61,262 nt of DNA from Eubacteriales bacterium (lineage in GTDB: Bacteria > Bacillota > Clostridia > Oscillospirales > QAKW01). A program made the position numbers and the translations under genes. Positions 1 to 10,146 of this stretch are shown here, one piece after another. Location: positions 1-61,262 of the forward strand of contig JAZROO010000024.1 in NCBI GenBank assembly GCA_045648705.1, read 5' to 3'. The notes beneath the pieces were generated by a model. That model saw only the letters and a list, made by a program, of their open reading frames with translations, had not been told where the DNA came from and searched no databases. Within the stretch, counting starts at the first letter, position 1. Every line of letters begins with the position of its first letter.

Positions 1-189
1 GGCGCATTGATGGCGTTGGGTGCCTTTATGTTGCTTGTTGAGTTTTTGATGAAGCTGACATTTGACCTACACTTTATCGGTTGGTCAATTTATCCGTTGG
101 TTGTGCTATTCTTGTTTGGTGGTTTACTTATTTACTTTGCCATAAACAGTGCGGCTCGTGAAATGATAGAAAGAAAGCTGTTTTTCTAA
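1..189 (+). CDS. 3' end of a multi-pass membrane protein of unknown function (5'-truncated by window edge)
   Basis: Frame is open from position 1 (GALMALGAF...), two hydrophobic segments, ends REMIERKLFF* at 189. Family not recognised. Confidence 0.7.
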   Translation, partial: GALMALGAFMLLVEFLMKLTFDLHFIGWSIYPLVVLFLFGGLLIYFAINSAAREMIERKLFF

Positions 190-307
190 CAGATAAAGAT
201 GGGTTAGATGACTTAATTACATACATAGAAAACCTGGCTTTATTATATCGCGGCAAAGAAGAAACATTAAAAAATTAAAATATTAACTATTGAAAGGAAT
301 GTCTTTT

Positions 308-2377
308 ATGAGTAAAACGGACAAAAAATACGAGGCGCTATTTACGCCTTGGAAAATCGGTAACGTTGAAATCAAAAACAGAATTGTAATGTGTCCTATG
401 GGCGGCACTTCGCTTTTTGGTTGGTTTGAACTTACCGGATGTCACTTTGACAAAGAAGCGGCAAAACTTTTCCTTGAGAGAGCTAACAACAATGTTGGAC
501 TTATCATTCCCGGAATAGCGCCTTTGCGCGACACTTTCTTTGGAAAATGGCTTTGGCAGAACGAAAAGATGTTCAAGGATCTCAAAGAGTTTATGGACGA
601 GATTCACAAGACGGGCGCAAAACTGTTTATTCAGCTTACCGCAGGCATGGGGCGTTCTTGGGCAATTACTGAGCTTGTGGCACCCTTACATAAAAACAAA
701 ATTACTCGTGCAATAGTAAAACCGATTATTGATACCTCGCATGAATTGGCTTCTCCTTCTCCACAAAAATCTCGTTGGGCGCACGATATTGAGTGTCCTG
801 AAATGACGGTAGAGCAAATTCACGAAATCATTGAAGCTTTTGCTAAGACCGCAAAGCTTTGTAAAGAAGCAGGCGTTGATGGAGTGGAAGTTCATGCTGT
901 TCACGAAGGATATCTTCTTGACCAATTTGCAATTGAATTTTTCAATAAGCGTACAGACGAATACGGCGGCAACTTTGAAAACCGTTACCGCTTTGCAGCA
1001 GAGGTTGTAAAAGCGATTAAAGAAGCTTGTGGTGAGGATTACCCTGTATCACTTCGTTATTCTGTTGAATCCAAGATGAAGGGCTTTTGTGAAGGTGCTA
1101 TGCCCGGAGAGGAATATACTGAAGTTGGTCGTAATATGGAAGAATCCGAAAAAGCGGCTAAATATTTACAAGATGTCGGTTACGATATGCTTAATGCCGA
1201 TAACGGAACTTACGACTCTTGGTATTGGGCGCATCCGCCGATGTATATGCCCGAAAACTGCAACCTTGACGACGTAGCACATATTAAGGAATTTGTGGAT
1301 ATTCCTGTTGTATGCGCAGGCAGAATGGATGCTGAAGTTGGCGCTAAAGCTGTTGCTGACGGTAAAATCGACGCTGTCGGTGTTGCTCGTCAATTCCTTG
1401 TTGATCCCGAATGGATTACAAAGTTGATTGAAGATAGAATCCAGGATATCAAACCATGCATTTGCTGTCACAGTGCTTGCTTTAACTTCTCATCTTCAAA
1501 AGGACACGCCAATACACAAGATCTTACCGATACAATGGGACTTGCACGTTGTGCGCTTAATCCCGAAACAATGCAATCTAAAAAGTATCACATCGACCAA
1601 GCCAAGAAAAAGAAAAATATCGCTATTATTGGTGGCGGTATCGGCGGTATGGAAGCTGCCATCGTTTGTGCAAAACGCGGACATAGCGTAACTCTTTACG
1701 AAAAGAGCGATAAGCTTGGTGGTGTATTTATTGCAGCAGCAGCTCCTTCCTTCAAGGAAAAGGATAGAGATCTTATTGCATGGTATATTCGCGAACTTGC
1801 AAAATATCCCATTGATGTAAAATTAAACACCGAAATTAAAGACGTTAAGGCTATTAATGCTGATGAAATTATCGTAGCGACAGGCGCCAAGGCTAAAACA
1901 ATTCCTGTAAAGGGTGCTGAAACCGCTGTTGAAGCAGTTGACTATCTGCTTGGCAACAAGACCGTTGGTGAGAATGTTGTGGTTATTGGCGGCGGACTTA
2001 CAGGATGCGAAATTGCATACGATCTTTATTTGAATGGCAAAAAGCCCGTCATTGTGGAAATGCAGGATGACCTGATTACTACTCCCGGTATTTGCCTTGC
2101 CAATACAAGTTATTTACGTGATTTCTTTAAGACCAACAGTGTTCCTGTGCATCTTGAAACCTCACTTTGTGAGATAAACAGCGGAAGTGTAACCCTTAAA
2201 AACAAGGAGGGCAAAGTCTTTGCAGTAGATGCCGATTCGGTGATTTTGTCCGTAGGTTATGTTCCTGCACCGATTGTTTCAAAAGGAAGACATATTCACG
2301 TAATTGGTGATGCCGAAAAGGTAGGAAATCTCCGTAGCGTTATTTGGGGCGCTTGGGACATTTGTATGAAACTGTAA
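308..2377 (+). CDS. 2-enoate reductase-like flavoenzyme (Old Yellow Enzyme TIM barrel + 4Fe-4S + NAD/FAD Rossmann domains; EnoR/FldZ family)
   Basis: HAVHEGYLLDQF active-site segment, NxRTDEYGG, YDSWYWAHPPMY, CxxCxxxC...CALNP Fe-S motif, two GGG Rossmann motifs (IIGGGIGGME, VIGGGLTGCE). ATG at 308 follows GAAAGGA RBS (ORF track starts at TTG 290). Confidence 0.88.
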   Translation: MSKTDKKYEALFTPWKIGNVEIKNRIVMCPMGGTSLFGWFELTGCHFDKEAAKLFLERANNNVGLIIPGIAPLRDTFFGKWLWQNEKMFKDLKEFMDEIHKTGAKLFIQLTAGMGRSWAITELVAPLHKNKITRAIVKPIIDTSHELASPSPQKSRWAHDIECPEMTVEQIHEIIEAFAKTAKLCKEAGVDGVEVHAVHEGYLLDQFAIEFFNKRTDEYGGNFENRYRFAAEVVKAIKEACGEDYPVSLRYSVESKMKGFCEGAMPGEEYTEVGRNMEESEKAAKYLQDVGYDMLNADNGTYDSWYWAHPPMYMPENCNLDDVAHIKEFVDIPVVCAGRMDAEVGAKAVADGKIDAVGVARQFLVDPEWITKLIEDRIQDIKPCICCHSACFNFSSSKGHANTQDLTDTMGLARCALNPETMQSKKYHIDQAKKKKNIAIIGGGIGGMEAAIVCAKRGHSVTLYEKSDKLGGVFIAAAAPSFKEKDRDLIAWYIRELAKYPIDVKLNTEIKDVKAINADEIIVATGAKAKTIPVKGAETAVEAVDYLLGNKTVGENVVVIGGGLTGCEIAYDLYLNGKKPVIVEMQDDLITTPGICLANTSYLRDFFKTNSVPVHLETSLCEINSGSVTLKNKEGKVFAVDADSVILSVGYVPAPIVSKGRHIHVIGDAEKVGNLRSVIWGAWDICMKL

Positions 2378-2389
2378 GGAGAAGATAAT

Positions 2390-3664
2390 ATGATTTTAAC
2401 GAAAGAACAGCAAGCCATCCTCGATGGTGAAAAGGGTGAAACTCTTGCAAAGGTTATGAAAACCTTAGTAATGTACGGTGATGCTTTTGAGGCTGAGAAG
2501 CTCGTGCCTATCACATCAAAATACAACCACCTTGTGACTTCCTTTGGTCTCAAGGTAATGTCGCCCGTTTATGACTTGATGCAACAACTTCTTGACGCTG
2601 ATGTTGCATCGGAGCAAAAATTCTCGGTTGACCCTCGTCCGCTTGACAAAAACGTTCCTGCAAACCTCTTACAGAACCTTGTGTTCAATAAGTTTATGTA
2701 TACTAAGCAGGATTTTTACGAAGATCAACTCAGCAAACTTGGTCTTATGGATAAAAATGCCTTTACCTGCACCTGCTATATGGATGAGGTAGGAAATAAG
2801 CCGCAAAAGGGCGAAGTTCTTTCTTGGGCAGAATCCAGTGCAGTTGTTTATGCAAATTCTGTGCTTGGTGCAAGATGTAACCGCAATTCCGGTATTATTG
2901 ATATTATGGGCTCTATTGTAGGTTTTGTTCCGTATTTTGGACTTCTGACCGATGAAGGAAGAAAAGCAACTTGGGTTGTAAAGGTACAAACCACCAAGAA
3001 ACCTGAGGCACAGCTTCTTGGCTCTGCTATCGGCATGAAAGTAATGGAGGATGTTCCATACGTAGTAGGTCTTGATCAGTGGATTGGAACTGACCTGAAC
3101 GACTCCGCTTGTGCTTATTTAAAGGATTTCGGTGCGGCAACCGCATCCAACGGTGCAGTTGGTCTTTACCATATTGCAAATCTCACTCCCGAGGCAGTAG
3201 AACTTGGAGAAAATCTTATTGCAGAGGGAGCAAAGGAATATATCATTGATGATGCTGAACTTGAAAGAGTGAAGAACAACTATCCTGTTATCTGGAAGAA
3301 TCCTGATGCAAAGCCAAAACTTTGTTTTGTTGGTTGCCCTCATCTTTCATTGGAACAACTTAAAAGTTGGACTCTCAAGCTTGAAGAAGAACTTAAAAAG
3401 AACGGCAAAAAGAAGGTTACTATCAATACCGTATTTACCGCCGCTCCCGGTGTGCTTGAAGCATTTGAAAAGACCGAATATGCAGCAAGACTTAAGGAAA
3501 CAGGGGTTATTACTTCTTATATTTGTCCGCTTATGTATATGAACAATCCTCTTTGCAAGAAGATGCCTGTTATCACGTCATCTAATAAATTGCGTACTTA
3601 TACGAGTGCCAGATATTATACCGATGCTGAAATTCTTAAAATCATTACGGGAGGTAAAAACTAA
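2390..3664 (+). CDS. Aconitase X catalytic (large) subunit, DUF521 family Fe-S dehydratase
   Basis: N-terminus MILTKEQQAILDGEKG, WAESSAVVYANSVLGARCNR, GCPH and further Cys in CTCY and ICPLM; AAGGAG RBS; 12 bp after the reductase stop. Confidence 0.85.
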   Translation: MILTKEQQAILDGEKGETLAKVMKTLVMYGDAFEAEKLVPITSKYNHLVTSFGLKVMSPVYDLMQQLLDADVASEQKFSVDPRPLDKNVPANLLQNLVFNKFMYTKQDFYEDQLSKLGLMDKNAFTCTCYMDEVGNKPQKGEVLSWAESSAVVYANSVLGARCNRNSGIIDIMGSIVGFVPYFGLLTDEGRKATWVVKVQTTKKPEAQLLGSAIGMKVMEDVPYVVGLDQWIGTDLNDSACAYLKDFGAATASNGAVGLYHIANLTPEAVELGENLIAEGAKEYIIDDAELERVKNNYPVIWKNPDAKPKLCFVGCPHLSLEQLKSWTLKLEEELKKNGKKKVTINTVFTAAPGVLEAFEKTEYAARLKETGVITSYICPLMYMNNPLCKKMPVITSSNKLRTYTSARYYTDAEILKIITGGKN

Positions 3665-4107
3665 TGAAACAGTTTAAAGGAAGAGTTGTTACTCCCGGCG
3701 AGGTAACTGCAGAGGCGGTTGTAACAAAAGAAGGATTTAACACCTTGGCTTCACTTCAAATGGCACTGCAGTTTGGTGATAAAGAAGTAAAATGCGGTGA
3801 TCAAAGTAATAAGGAACTTTACGGAAAATCACTTATAAACAAAGCTCTCTGCTTGCCTCAGACCATTGGCTCTACTACAGGTGGTCTTGTGCTTTATTGT
3901 GCCTGTTCAATGCAGAAGAATCCTGCTTGTATGCTTTTTGCCAATCACATCGACTCACTTGCGGCCGCAGGCGCTGTTCTTGCTGATGTTTGGGTAGATA
4001 AAGTTACTATGCCCGTTATCGACTCACTCGGAGATGAATTTCTCAACTATGTAAAGGACGGAATGAAGATTACCGTAAAAGCAGACGGAATCGTTGAAGT
4101 TGAATAA
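3664..4107 (+). CDS. Aconitase X swivel (small) subunit, DUF126 family
   Basis: GRVVTPG start, KALCLPQTIGSTTGG (GST motif), C-terminal G..ITV..DG.V; TAATG stop/start overlap with the large subunit. Confidence 0.85.
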   Translation: MKQFKGRVVTPGEVTAEAVVTKEGFNTLASLQMALQFGDKEVKCGDQSNKELYGKSLINKALCLPQTIGSTTGGLVLYCACSMQKNPACMLFANHIDSLAAAGAVLADVWVDKVTMPVIDSLGDEFLNYVKDGMKITVKADGIVEVE

Positions 4108-4141
4108 GTATTATTAAAGCGAAAACGATCCTACCGAATAG

Positions 4142-4196
4142 AAGATACCATTGATATCCCGACTCAAGTACTCGGAAAATCAATGGTATCTTTTTT
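4142..4196 (+). terminator. Rho-independent terminator closing the reductase-AcnX operon
   Basis: AAGATACCATTGAT ... ATCAATGGTATCTT 14-bp stem ending in a T run. Confidence 0.75.
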
Positions 4197-4278
4197 GTGA
4201 GTCTTTCCATAAAAGTTGCATTTGCTTTTAAATAGAGAGATTTATTAAGAAATAAAAGCATAATATTAATATTTAATC

Positions 4279-4307
4279 TTTAAATTCAATTGTTTTTATG
4301 CTATAAT
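4279..4307 (+). promoter_or_regulatory. Putative sigma-A promoter of uvrBA
   Basis: TTTAAA-17-TATAAT with an extended TG (TGCTATAAT). Confidence 0.55.
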
Positions 4308-4417
4308 ATTTATGAATGTTCTGTTGAGTTATTTTATGGTATTTCATTCACCAACATTTCAGGTGAATTTGCAGAGGATAAATGACAGAAAATAATCAAA
4401 AAGGAAGGAGTGAAAAC

Positions 4418-6379
4418 GTGGCAGACAAGTTTATTTTACATTCAAATTACAAGCCAACCGGGGATCAGCCTGAGGCTATCGAGCGTTTGGTTGATGGATT
4501 TGAAAAAGGAACTAAAAAACAAACACTGCTTGGTGTTACCGGCTCCGGCAAAACGTTTACTATGGCAAATGTGATTGCGCGTTTAAATAAGCCGACGTTG
4601 GTTTTGGCGCACAACAAAACATTGGCAGCACAGCTTTGCAGTGAACTTAAAGAATTCTTTCCTGAAAATGCTGTAGAGTATTTTGTATCCTATTATGATT
4701 ATTATCAGCCTGAGGCTTATATTCCGTCGTCAGACACATATATAGAAAAAGATAGCGCCATAAACGAGGAAATTGATAAACTGCGCCACAGTGCCACTTT
4801 TTCGCTTTTTGAAAGACCGGATACGATTATTGTTTCATCCGTTTCTTGCATCTACAGTTTAGGTGATCCACAGGATTACAAGGAAATGGTTATTTCATTG
4901 CGCCCGGGTATGCAGATAGACCGCGATGATTTGATTATGCGTTTGGTCAGCAATCATTATGAGAGAAATGATATTGATTTTTCTCGAAATAAATTTCGTG
5001 TCAAGGGAGAAGTGGTTGATGTTTTTCCTGCTGCTTCTTCCGATAAAGTGATTCGCATTGAGTTTTTTGATGATGAAATTGATCATATTTATGAGATTGA
5101 TTCTCTTACCGGTCAAGTTCTTGCGGTTTTGTCGCACGTTGCCATATATCCCGCTACGCACTATATAACAACCGATGACAAGATGGAAACTGCAATTGCA
5201 GAGATCGAAAGAGAATTAAAAGAACGTGTTGCTTATTTTAATGAAAACAACTATTTGCTTGAGGCGCAACGAATTGAGCAGAGAACAAAATACGATATAG
5301 AAATGTTGCGCGAAATCGGCTTTTGTAACGGAATTGAAAACTACAGTCGTATTATGAGTGGCAGAGCGCCCGGAAGTACGCCATACACTTTATTTGATTT
5401 CTTTCCGGATGATTTTCTTTTTATTATCGATGAGTCGCACGTTACTTTGCCTCAGGTTCGCGGAATGTACGGGGGAGACCGCTCCAGAAAAGAAAGCTTG
5501 GTACGTTACGGTTTTAGATTGCCTTCAGCCTTAGATAATCGTCCTCTAAACTTTGATGAATTCTTGGGAAAACTAGATAAAACTTTATTTGTAAGCGCTA
5601 CGCCCGGTCAGTTTGAAATCGATCAGAGTGCAGACGTTATAGAGCAGGTGATCCGTCCTACCGGTCTGCTTGATCCCGAGGTGATCGTTAAGCCGAGTGA
5701 GGGTCAAATTGAAGACTTACTTTCTGAAATAAACATTCGTTCTGCCAAAAAAGAGAGAGTTTTAGTTACCACACTTACCAAGAGAATGGCGGAGGATTTA
5801 ACCTCGTTTTTAGAAACCAACGGCGTTAAAGTGCGGTATATGCATCATGACATAGACACGATGCAACGAATGGAAATTATTCGAGATTTAAGACTTGGCT
5901 TGTTTGACGTTTTGGTTGGAATTAATTTGCTCAGAGAAGGTCTTGATATTCCTGAGGTTTCTTTGGTGGCGATACTGGATGCGGACAAAGAGGGATTTTT
6001 GCGCAGTGAAACTTCTTTGATACAGACAATCGGCAGAGCTGCTCGAAATTCTGAGGGTCAAGTTATCATGTATGCTGATCAAGTTACACCATCTATGGAA
6101 CGCGCTATTGTTGAAACCAATCGTCGTCGCGCCAAGCAGCAAGAGTATAACTTACAAAACGGAATTGTACCTAAAACGATTATTAAAGATGTCCGTGAAA
6201 TACTTGAAATTTCCAGTAAAAAGGATATCAGAAATATTCAAACCAAGGATATAAAAGCCAAGCAAAAGGATAAATTGATTAAAGAACTTACCAAACAAAT
6301 GCAACAAGCTTCAGCAATGCTTGAGTTTGAGTATGCTGCGGTTTTACGTGATAAAATCAAAGAACTGCGTCAGGAATGA
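4418..6379 (+). CDS. uvrB: Excinuclease ABC subunit B
   Basis: [56 protein letters not shown]-terminal UVR helix. GTG start at 4418 after AGGAG. Confidence 0.98.
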   Translation: MADKFILHSNYKPTGDQPEAIERLVDGFEKGTKKQTLLGVTGSGKTFTMANVIARLNKPTLVLAHNKTLAAQLCSELKEFFPENAVEYFVSYYDYYQPEAYIPSSDTYIEKDSAINEEIDKLRHSATFSLFERPDTIIVSSVSCIYSLGDPQDYKEMVISLRPGMQIDRDDLIMRLVSNHYERNDIDFSRNKFRVKGEVVDVFPAASSDKVIRIEFFDDEIDHIYEIDSLTGQVLAVLSHVAIYPATHYITTDDKMETAIAEIERELKERVAYFNENNYLLEAQRIEQRTKYDIEMLREIGFCNGIENYSRIMSGRAPGSTPYTLFDFFPDDFLFIIDESHVTLPQVRGMYGGDRSRKESLVRYGFRLPSALDNRPLNFDEFLGKLDKTLFVSATPGQFEIDQSADVIEQVIRPTGLLDPEVIVKPSEGQIEDLLSEINIRSAKKERVLVTTLTKRMAEDLTSFLETNGVKVRYMHHDIDTMQRMEIIRDLRLGLFDVLVGINLLREGLDIPEVSLVAILDADKEGFLRSETSLIQTIGRAARNSEGQVIMYADQVTPSMERAIVETNRRRAKQQEYNLQNGIVPKTIIKDVREILEISSKKDIRNIQTKDIKAKQKDKLIKELTKQMQQASAMLEFEYAAVLRDKIKELRQE

Positions 6380-6391
6380 GGAAATTGGTTT

Positions 6392-9208
6392 ATGGAAAAA
6401 TATATTACCATTAAGGGCGCCAAAGAGAATAATTTAAAAAATATTGATTTGACCATACCCAGAGACAAATTGATTGTATTTACCGGTTTGTCAGGATCGG
6501 GTAAATCTTCTTTGGCGTTTGACACGATTTATGCCGAGGGTCAAAGACGATATGTAGAGAGTTTATCGTCATATGCAAGAATGTTTTTGGGTCAGATGGA
6601 CAAGCCTGAGGTGCAGTCAATTGACGGTCTTTCACCTGCGATTTCTATTGACCAAAAAACCACCTCAAAAAACCCCAGATCAACTGTTGGAACGGTAACG
6701 GAAATATATGATTACCTTCGTTTGCTTTATGCGAGAATCGGCAGACCGCATTGTCCTGTTTGCGGCAAGGAGATCACGCAACAAACGGTGGATCAAATTG
6801 TTGAGCAAGTCCTTGCATTGCCTGAAAACACTAAGATTCACATATTGGCACCTGTAATCCGAAAACGTAAGGGTGAGCACAAAAAACTGCTGGAAGAAGC
6901 GCTGAAAAGTGGCTATATGCGCGTGCGCATTGACGGCATTTTATATGAACTTTCCGAAGAAATATCACTTGAGAAAAACACAAAACACACTATCGAAATA
7001 GTAGTGGATCGTTTGGTGATTCGCGAAGGGATCCGAAGCAGATTGGCAGATTCTGTCGAAACTGCGCTTCACAATGCCCACGGACTTGTGGTCATCAGTC
7101 AAAGTGGCGGAGAAGATCAGGTTTTTTCGCAAAACTACGCTTGTCCTGAGCACGGAACAAGTATTGAGGAACTATCTCCTCGTATGTTTTCGTTTAACAA
7201 TCCCTACGGTGCTTGTTCAAATTGCGATGGTATAGGATATACTATGTCCATTGATCCGGAAGCGTTGATTTCTGATGGATCGTTGTCACTCAATGAAGGC
7301 GCTATCAAAGCAAACGGTTGGCACTCGGGTTATGGCGATTCTATTGCAAATCTTTATTTTGCTTCGCTTTCTAAAATGTATAATTTTTCCTTAAATACAC
7401 CGTACAATGAGTTGTCCGATGAGGTTAAGGACATTTTGTTATACGGAACAGGGGATAGAGAAGTTCCTATTGGTCGCAGTGGAAAATATGTTAGGCATGC
7501 GCCTTTTGAAGGAATTATCAAAAATTTAGAGCGACGCTATCATGAAACAAATAGCGAGTTTATGCGCCATCAGATTGAATCAATTATGGTGGAAAAGAAG
7601 TGTCCCGTATGCAATGGTGCACGACTCAAAAAAGAGATTCTGACAGTTACGGTTGGCGATAAAAATATCCAGCAAATTTGTGAGATGTCTATTAAAAAAA
7701 TCCTTGATTTTTTTGACACTCTTCAGCTGAATGACCGAGAGGAAATGATTGCGCATGAAGTAATTAAAGAAATTAAGGTTCGACTGAATTTCCTTGTAAA
7801 TGTTGGGTTGACCTATTTGACGCTTTCTCGTTCTGCGGGAACTTTGTCGGGTGGCGAAAGTCAAAGAATTAGACTCGCCACACAAATTGGCTCTTCTTTG
7901 ATGGGTGTATTATATATTCTGGATGAACCGAGTATCGGACTGCATCAACGTGACAATGATAAACTTTTGGCAACGTTGCAAAAGCTGAGAGATGTAGGTA
8001 ATACTTTGATTGTTGTTGAACACGATGAAGATACGATGCGCGCCGCCGACTATATTGTTGATATTGGTCCTGGGGCCGGTATTCATGGCGGTGAAGTAGT
8101 GGCAAGCGGAACACCGCAGGAAATTATGGAGAATAAAAATTCTCTCACCGGTTTGTATTTAAGCGGTCAAAAGAAGATTGACATACCTCAGCGCAGAAGA
8201 CAGGGGAATGGTGATTTCCTGCAAGTTATCGGTGCGGCTGAAAACAACCTTAAAAACGTCGATGTTTCTATTCCTTTGGGCACATTTTCTTGTGTTACCG
8301 GTGTGAGCGGATCAGGTAAATCATCGCTTGTAAATAATGTTATCTATCAGATTTTGGCGCGTGATTTGAATCATTCCAAAACATTGCCCGGGAAATGTAA
8401 AGAAATACGCGGACTTGAGCATTTGGACAAGGTGATTAATATTGATCAATCTCCTATTGGAAGAACACCGCGTTCCAATCCTGCAACTTACACCTCGGTG
8501 TTTACGGATATTCGCGATCTTTTTGCGCAAACACAAGCGGCAAAAGCTCGTGGATACGGCCCCGGCAGATTTTCGTTTAATGTTCGCGGCGGTCGCTGTG
8601 AGGCTTGTCAAGGCGATGGTATTATTAAAATCGAGATGCACTTTTTGTCCGACGTATACGTGCCGTGTGAGGTTTGTAAAGGGGCACGTTATAACAAGGA
8701 AACGTTGGAGGTTAAGTACAAGGGAAAGTCTATTGCCGATGTTCTGAATATGACGGTAGAAGAGGGAATGAACTTTTTTGAAAGTATCCCAAGAATATAT
8801 AGAAAGTTAAAAACGATGTATGATGTTGGCTTGTCTTATATTAAGATCGGACAATCTTCTACAACGTTGTCTGGTGGAGAGGCGCAACGAGTAAAACTTG
8901 CGACTGAACTTTCCAAAAGACCGACCGGGAAGACGATTTATATTTTAGATGAACCGACAACGGGACTTCATACTGCCGACGTGCAAAAACTGATTGAAGT
9001 GTTGCAGAAATTGGTTGATGGAGGCAATACTGTTTTGGTTATTGAGCACAATTTGGATGTAATTAAAACAGCGGATTATATTATTGATTTAGGGCCTGAG
9101 GGCGGAGATGCGGGAGGAAAAGTTTTGGTTAGCGGTACTCCCGAAAAAGTCGCCGCTTGCAAAAAAAGTTTTACTGGTGAATATCTCAAAAAAGTTGGAA
9201 TTAAGTAA
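6392..9208 (+). CDS. uvrA: Excinuclease ABC subunit A
   Basis: Two ABC ATPase cassettes ([43 protein letters not shown]) and Zn-finger Cys pairs. Confidence 0.98.
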   Translation: MEKYITIKGAKENNLKNIDLTIPRDKLIVFTGLSGSGKSSLAFDTIYAEGQRRYVESLSSYARMFLGQMDKPEVQSIDGLSPAISIDQKTTSKNPRSTVGTVTEIYDYLRLLYARIGRPHCPVCGKEITQQTVDQIVEQVLALPENTKIHILAPVIRKRKGEHKKLLEEALKSGYMRVRIDGILYELSEEISLEKNTKHTIEIVVDRLVIREGIRSRLADSVETALHNAHGLVVISQSGGEDQVFSQNYACPEHGTSIEELSPRMFSFNNPYGACSNCDGIGYTMSIDPEALISDGSLSLNEGAIKANGWHSGYGDSIANLYFASLSKMYNFSLNTPYNELSDEVKDILLYGTGDREVPIGRSGKYVRHAPFEGIIKNLERRYHETNSEFMRHQIESIMVEKKCPVCNGARLKKEILTVTVGDKNIQQICEMSIKKILDFFDTLQLNDREEMIAHEVIKEIKVRLNFLVNVGLTYLTLSRSAGTLSGGESQRIRLATQIGSSLMGVLYILDEPSIGLHQRDNDKLLATLQKLRDVGNTLIVVEHDEDTMRAADYIVDIGPGAGIHGGEVVASGTPQEIMENKNSLTGLYLSGQKKIDIPQRRRQGNGDFLQVIGAAENNLKNVDVSIPLGTFSCVTGVSGSGKSSLVNNVIYQILARDLNHSKTLPGKCKEIRGLEHLDKVINIDQSPIGRTPRSNPATYTSVFTDIRDLFAQTQAAKARGYGPGRFSFNVRGGRCEACQGDGIIKIEMHFLSDVYVPCEVCKGARYNKETLEVKYKGKSIADVLNMTVEEGMNFFESIPRIYRKLKTMYDVGLSYIKIGQSSTTLSGGEAQRVKLATELSKRPTGKTIYILDEPTTGLHTADVQKLIEVLQKLVDGGNTVLVIEHNLDVIKTADYIIDLGPEGGDAGGKVLVSGTPEKVAACKKSFTGEYLKKVGIK

Positions 9209-9248
9209 TAAAAATATGCCGATAGCGTTTGCTATCGGCATATTTTTA
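9209..9248. terminator. Bidirectional terminator between uvrA and the convergent cwlJ operon
   Basis: TAAAAATATGCCGATAGC-gttt-GCTATCGGCATATTTTTA, a perfect 18-bp inverted repeat with A/T tails. Confidence 0.9.
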
Positions 9249-9575
9249 TCTTCTGTTTGAGGGTGTGGTTCTTGCCATTGTGGGTCGACTGGGGCGTCTT
9301 CCTTGGTTTACATAGGTAACAAACTTGATGGCGTACAAGTCGCAAATGGTATATTGATCATTTTTTTCGTCATACAATACGACGTAGCTGATGCCAACTT
9401 CATACAATCTGCCTTCGCGATAAATCAGGTTATTTGTGCCGATTAAAAATTCTATAATAACATATGCTCCGATGTTGTCTTGCAATATGCGTTGCATTGA
9501 ACCGTTAAAGGCTTGGGAATTAATTTCATCAGTGGCTGAGCCGTTGCTTGACGGCATGGTGTTCATATTGTCCAT
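9246..9575 (-). CDS. Small protein, probable remote GerQ-like spore coat protein
   Basis: GGAG RBS directly after the cwlJ stop. Core ILQDNIG...EGRLYEVGISYVVLYD...DLYAIKFVTY resembles, by my recall, the GerQ core ILRLNRG...RGVIEAAGRDHIIISD...YLDYITF. The ORF is solid; the family call is inference. Confidence 0.55.
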   Translation of the reverse strand: MDNMNTMPSSNGSATDEINSQAFNGSMQRILQDNIGAYVIIEFLIGTNNLIYREGRLYEVGISYVVLYDEKNDQYTICDLYAIKFVTYVNQGRRPSRPTMARTTPSNRR

Positions 9576-9587
9576 ATAGTTAGCTCC

Positions 9588-10028
9588 TTATGTTGAATAA
9601 TATTCTGAGGTTGGATTATAAAAGCAGTGTTCACCGATCCTAGTGTAAAAATATCCTACAGTACTTGGAAAATTTGGGCGACAATTTACCGAAAACGGAT
9701 TGTAAAACCAAAGAGCTTGCTCAAGTCCGGTTAATCGATTTCCTGCAATTGCCCAGTCTGCAATATCAAAATGGACACCTGTTGGATTCATGTTATAGAT
9801 ATTCTGCGGATTATACTGACCATTTTCGATTTCACTGGCGCAGACAAACTGCCCGGGTTGATAAATGATTTTTCTGATGCTTCCTTGCCCGACTCGTTGA
9901 TATTCACCACCGGGCGCTTGAACGCGATTCATTACAACAGAGGCAACTGCCCGCATGCCGTTGTCTCCTTCGCCGCCTGCTTCGCATTCAATGAGTCTTG
10001 CGAGAAGTTCTCTGTCTGAATATGCCAT
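9588..10028 (-). CDS. cwlJ: Spore cortex-lytic enzyme, CwlJ-type (Hydrolase_2/SleB family)
   Basis: LLARLIECEAGGEG (catalytic Glu), VASVVMNRV, IIYQPGQF, HCFYNPT; 146 aa with no signal peptide or PG-binding domain, as in CwlJ rather than SleB; AAAGGAGG RBS. Confidence 0.8.
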   Translation of the reverse strand: MAYSDRELLARLIECEAGGEGDNGMRAVASVVMNRVQAPGGEYQRVGQGSIRKIIYQPGQFVCASEIENGQYNPQNIYNMNPTGVHFDIADWAIAGNRLTGLEQALWFYNPFSVNCRPNFPSTVGYFYTRIGEHCFYNPTSEYYST

Positions 10029-10056
10029 AATACCTCCTTTTAGTGCGCCTAGTAAT

Positions 10057-10084
10057 ATTTATTCACTAAAATTTTAAATATGAC
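10057..10084 (-). promoter_or_regulatory. Possible mother-cell (sigma-E-like) promoter of cwlJ
   Basis: Minus strand reads GTCATATT-13-AATAAAT; the -35 matches TCATATT well, but the spacer is 1 nt short and the -10 is imperfect. Confidence 0.3.
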
Positions 10085-10086
10085 AT

Positions 10087-10115
10087 TTGACAAATTTGTG
10101 TTTATGTTATATTAT
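10087..10115 (+). promoter_or_regulatory. Sigma-A promoter of the yloC-remA-gmk-rpoZ-priA...rsgA operon
   Basis: TTGACA-17-TATTAT. Confidence 0.7.
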
Positions 10116-10146
10116 ATATTAAATATATTTATATTGGGGTAGTGTT

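Noticed and set aside
162-278. Open frame across the first intergenic gap (…DGLDDLITYIENLALLYRGKEETLKN*) that reads like an amphipathic helix, a possible gene remnant
   Set aside because: No start codon or RBS in frame, under 40 codons, no recognisable family; chance in AT-rich DNA cannot be excluded.
308-2377. Calling the reductase BaiCD/BaiH, bilirubin reductase or daidzein reductase
   Set aside because: The HAVHEGY and YWxHPPMY motifs point to the EnoR/FldZ clade, and no bai, bil or equol operon genes are adjacent.
2390-4107. Calling the AcnX genes a mevalonate-5-phosphate or hydroxyproline dehydratase
   Set aside because: No mevalonate or hydroxyproline pathway genes in context, and MEP genes (dxr, ispG) are present; substrate left unassigned.
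4311-4330. Possible LexA/SOS box downstream of the uvrB -10 (GAATGTTCTGTT)
   Set aside because: Does not fit GAAC-N4-GTTC spacing; at best a half site.
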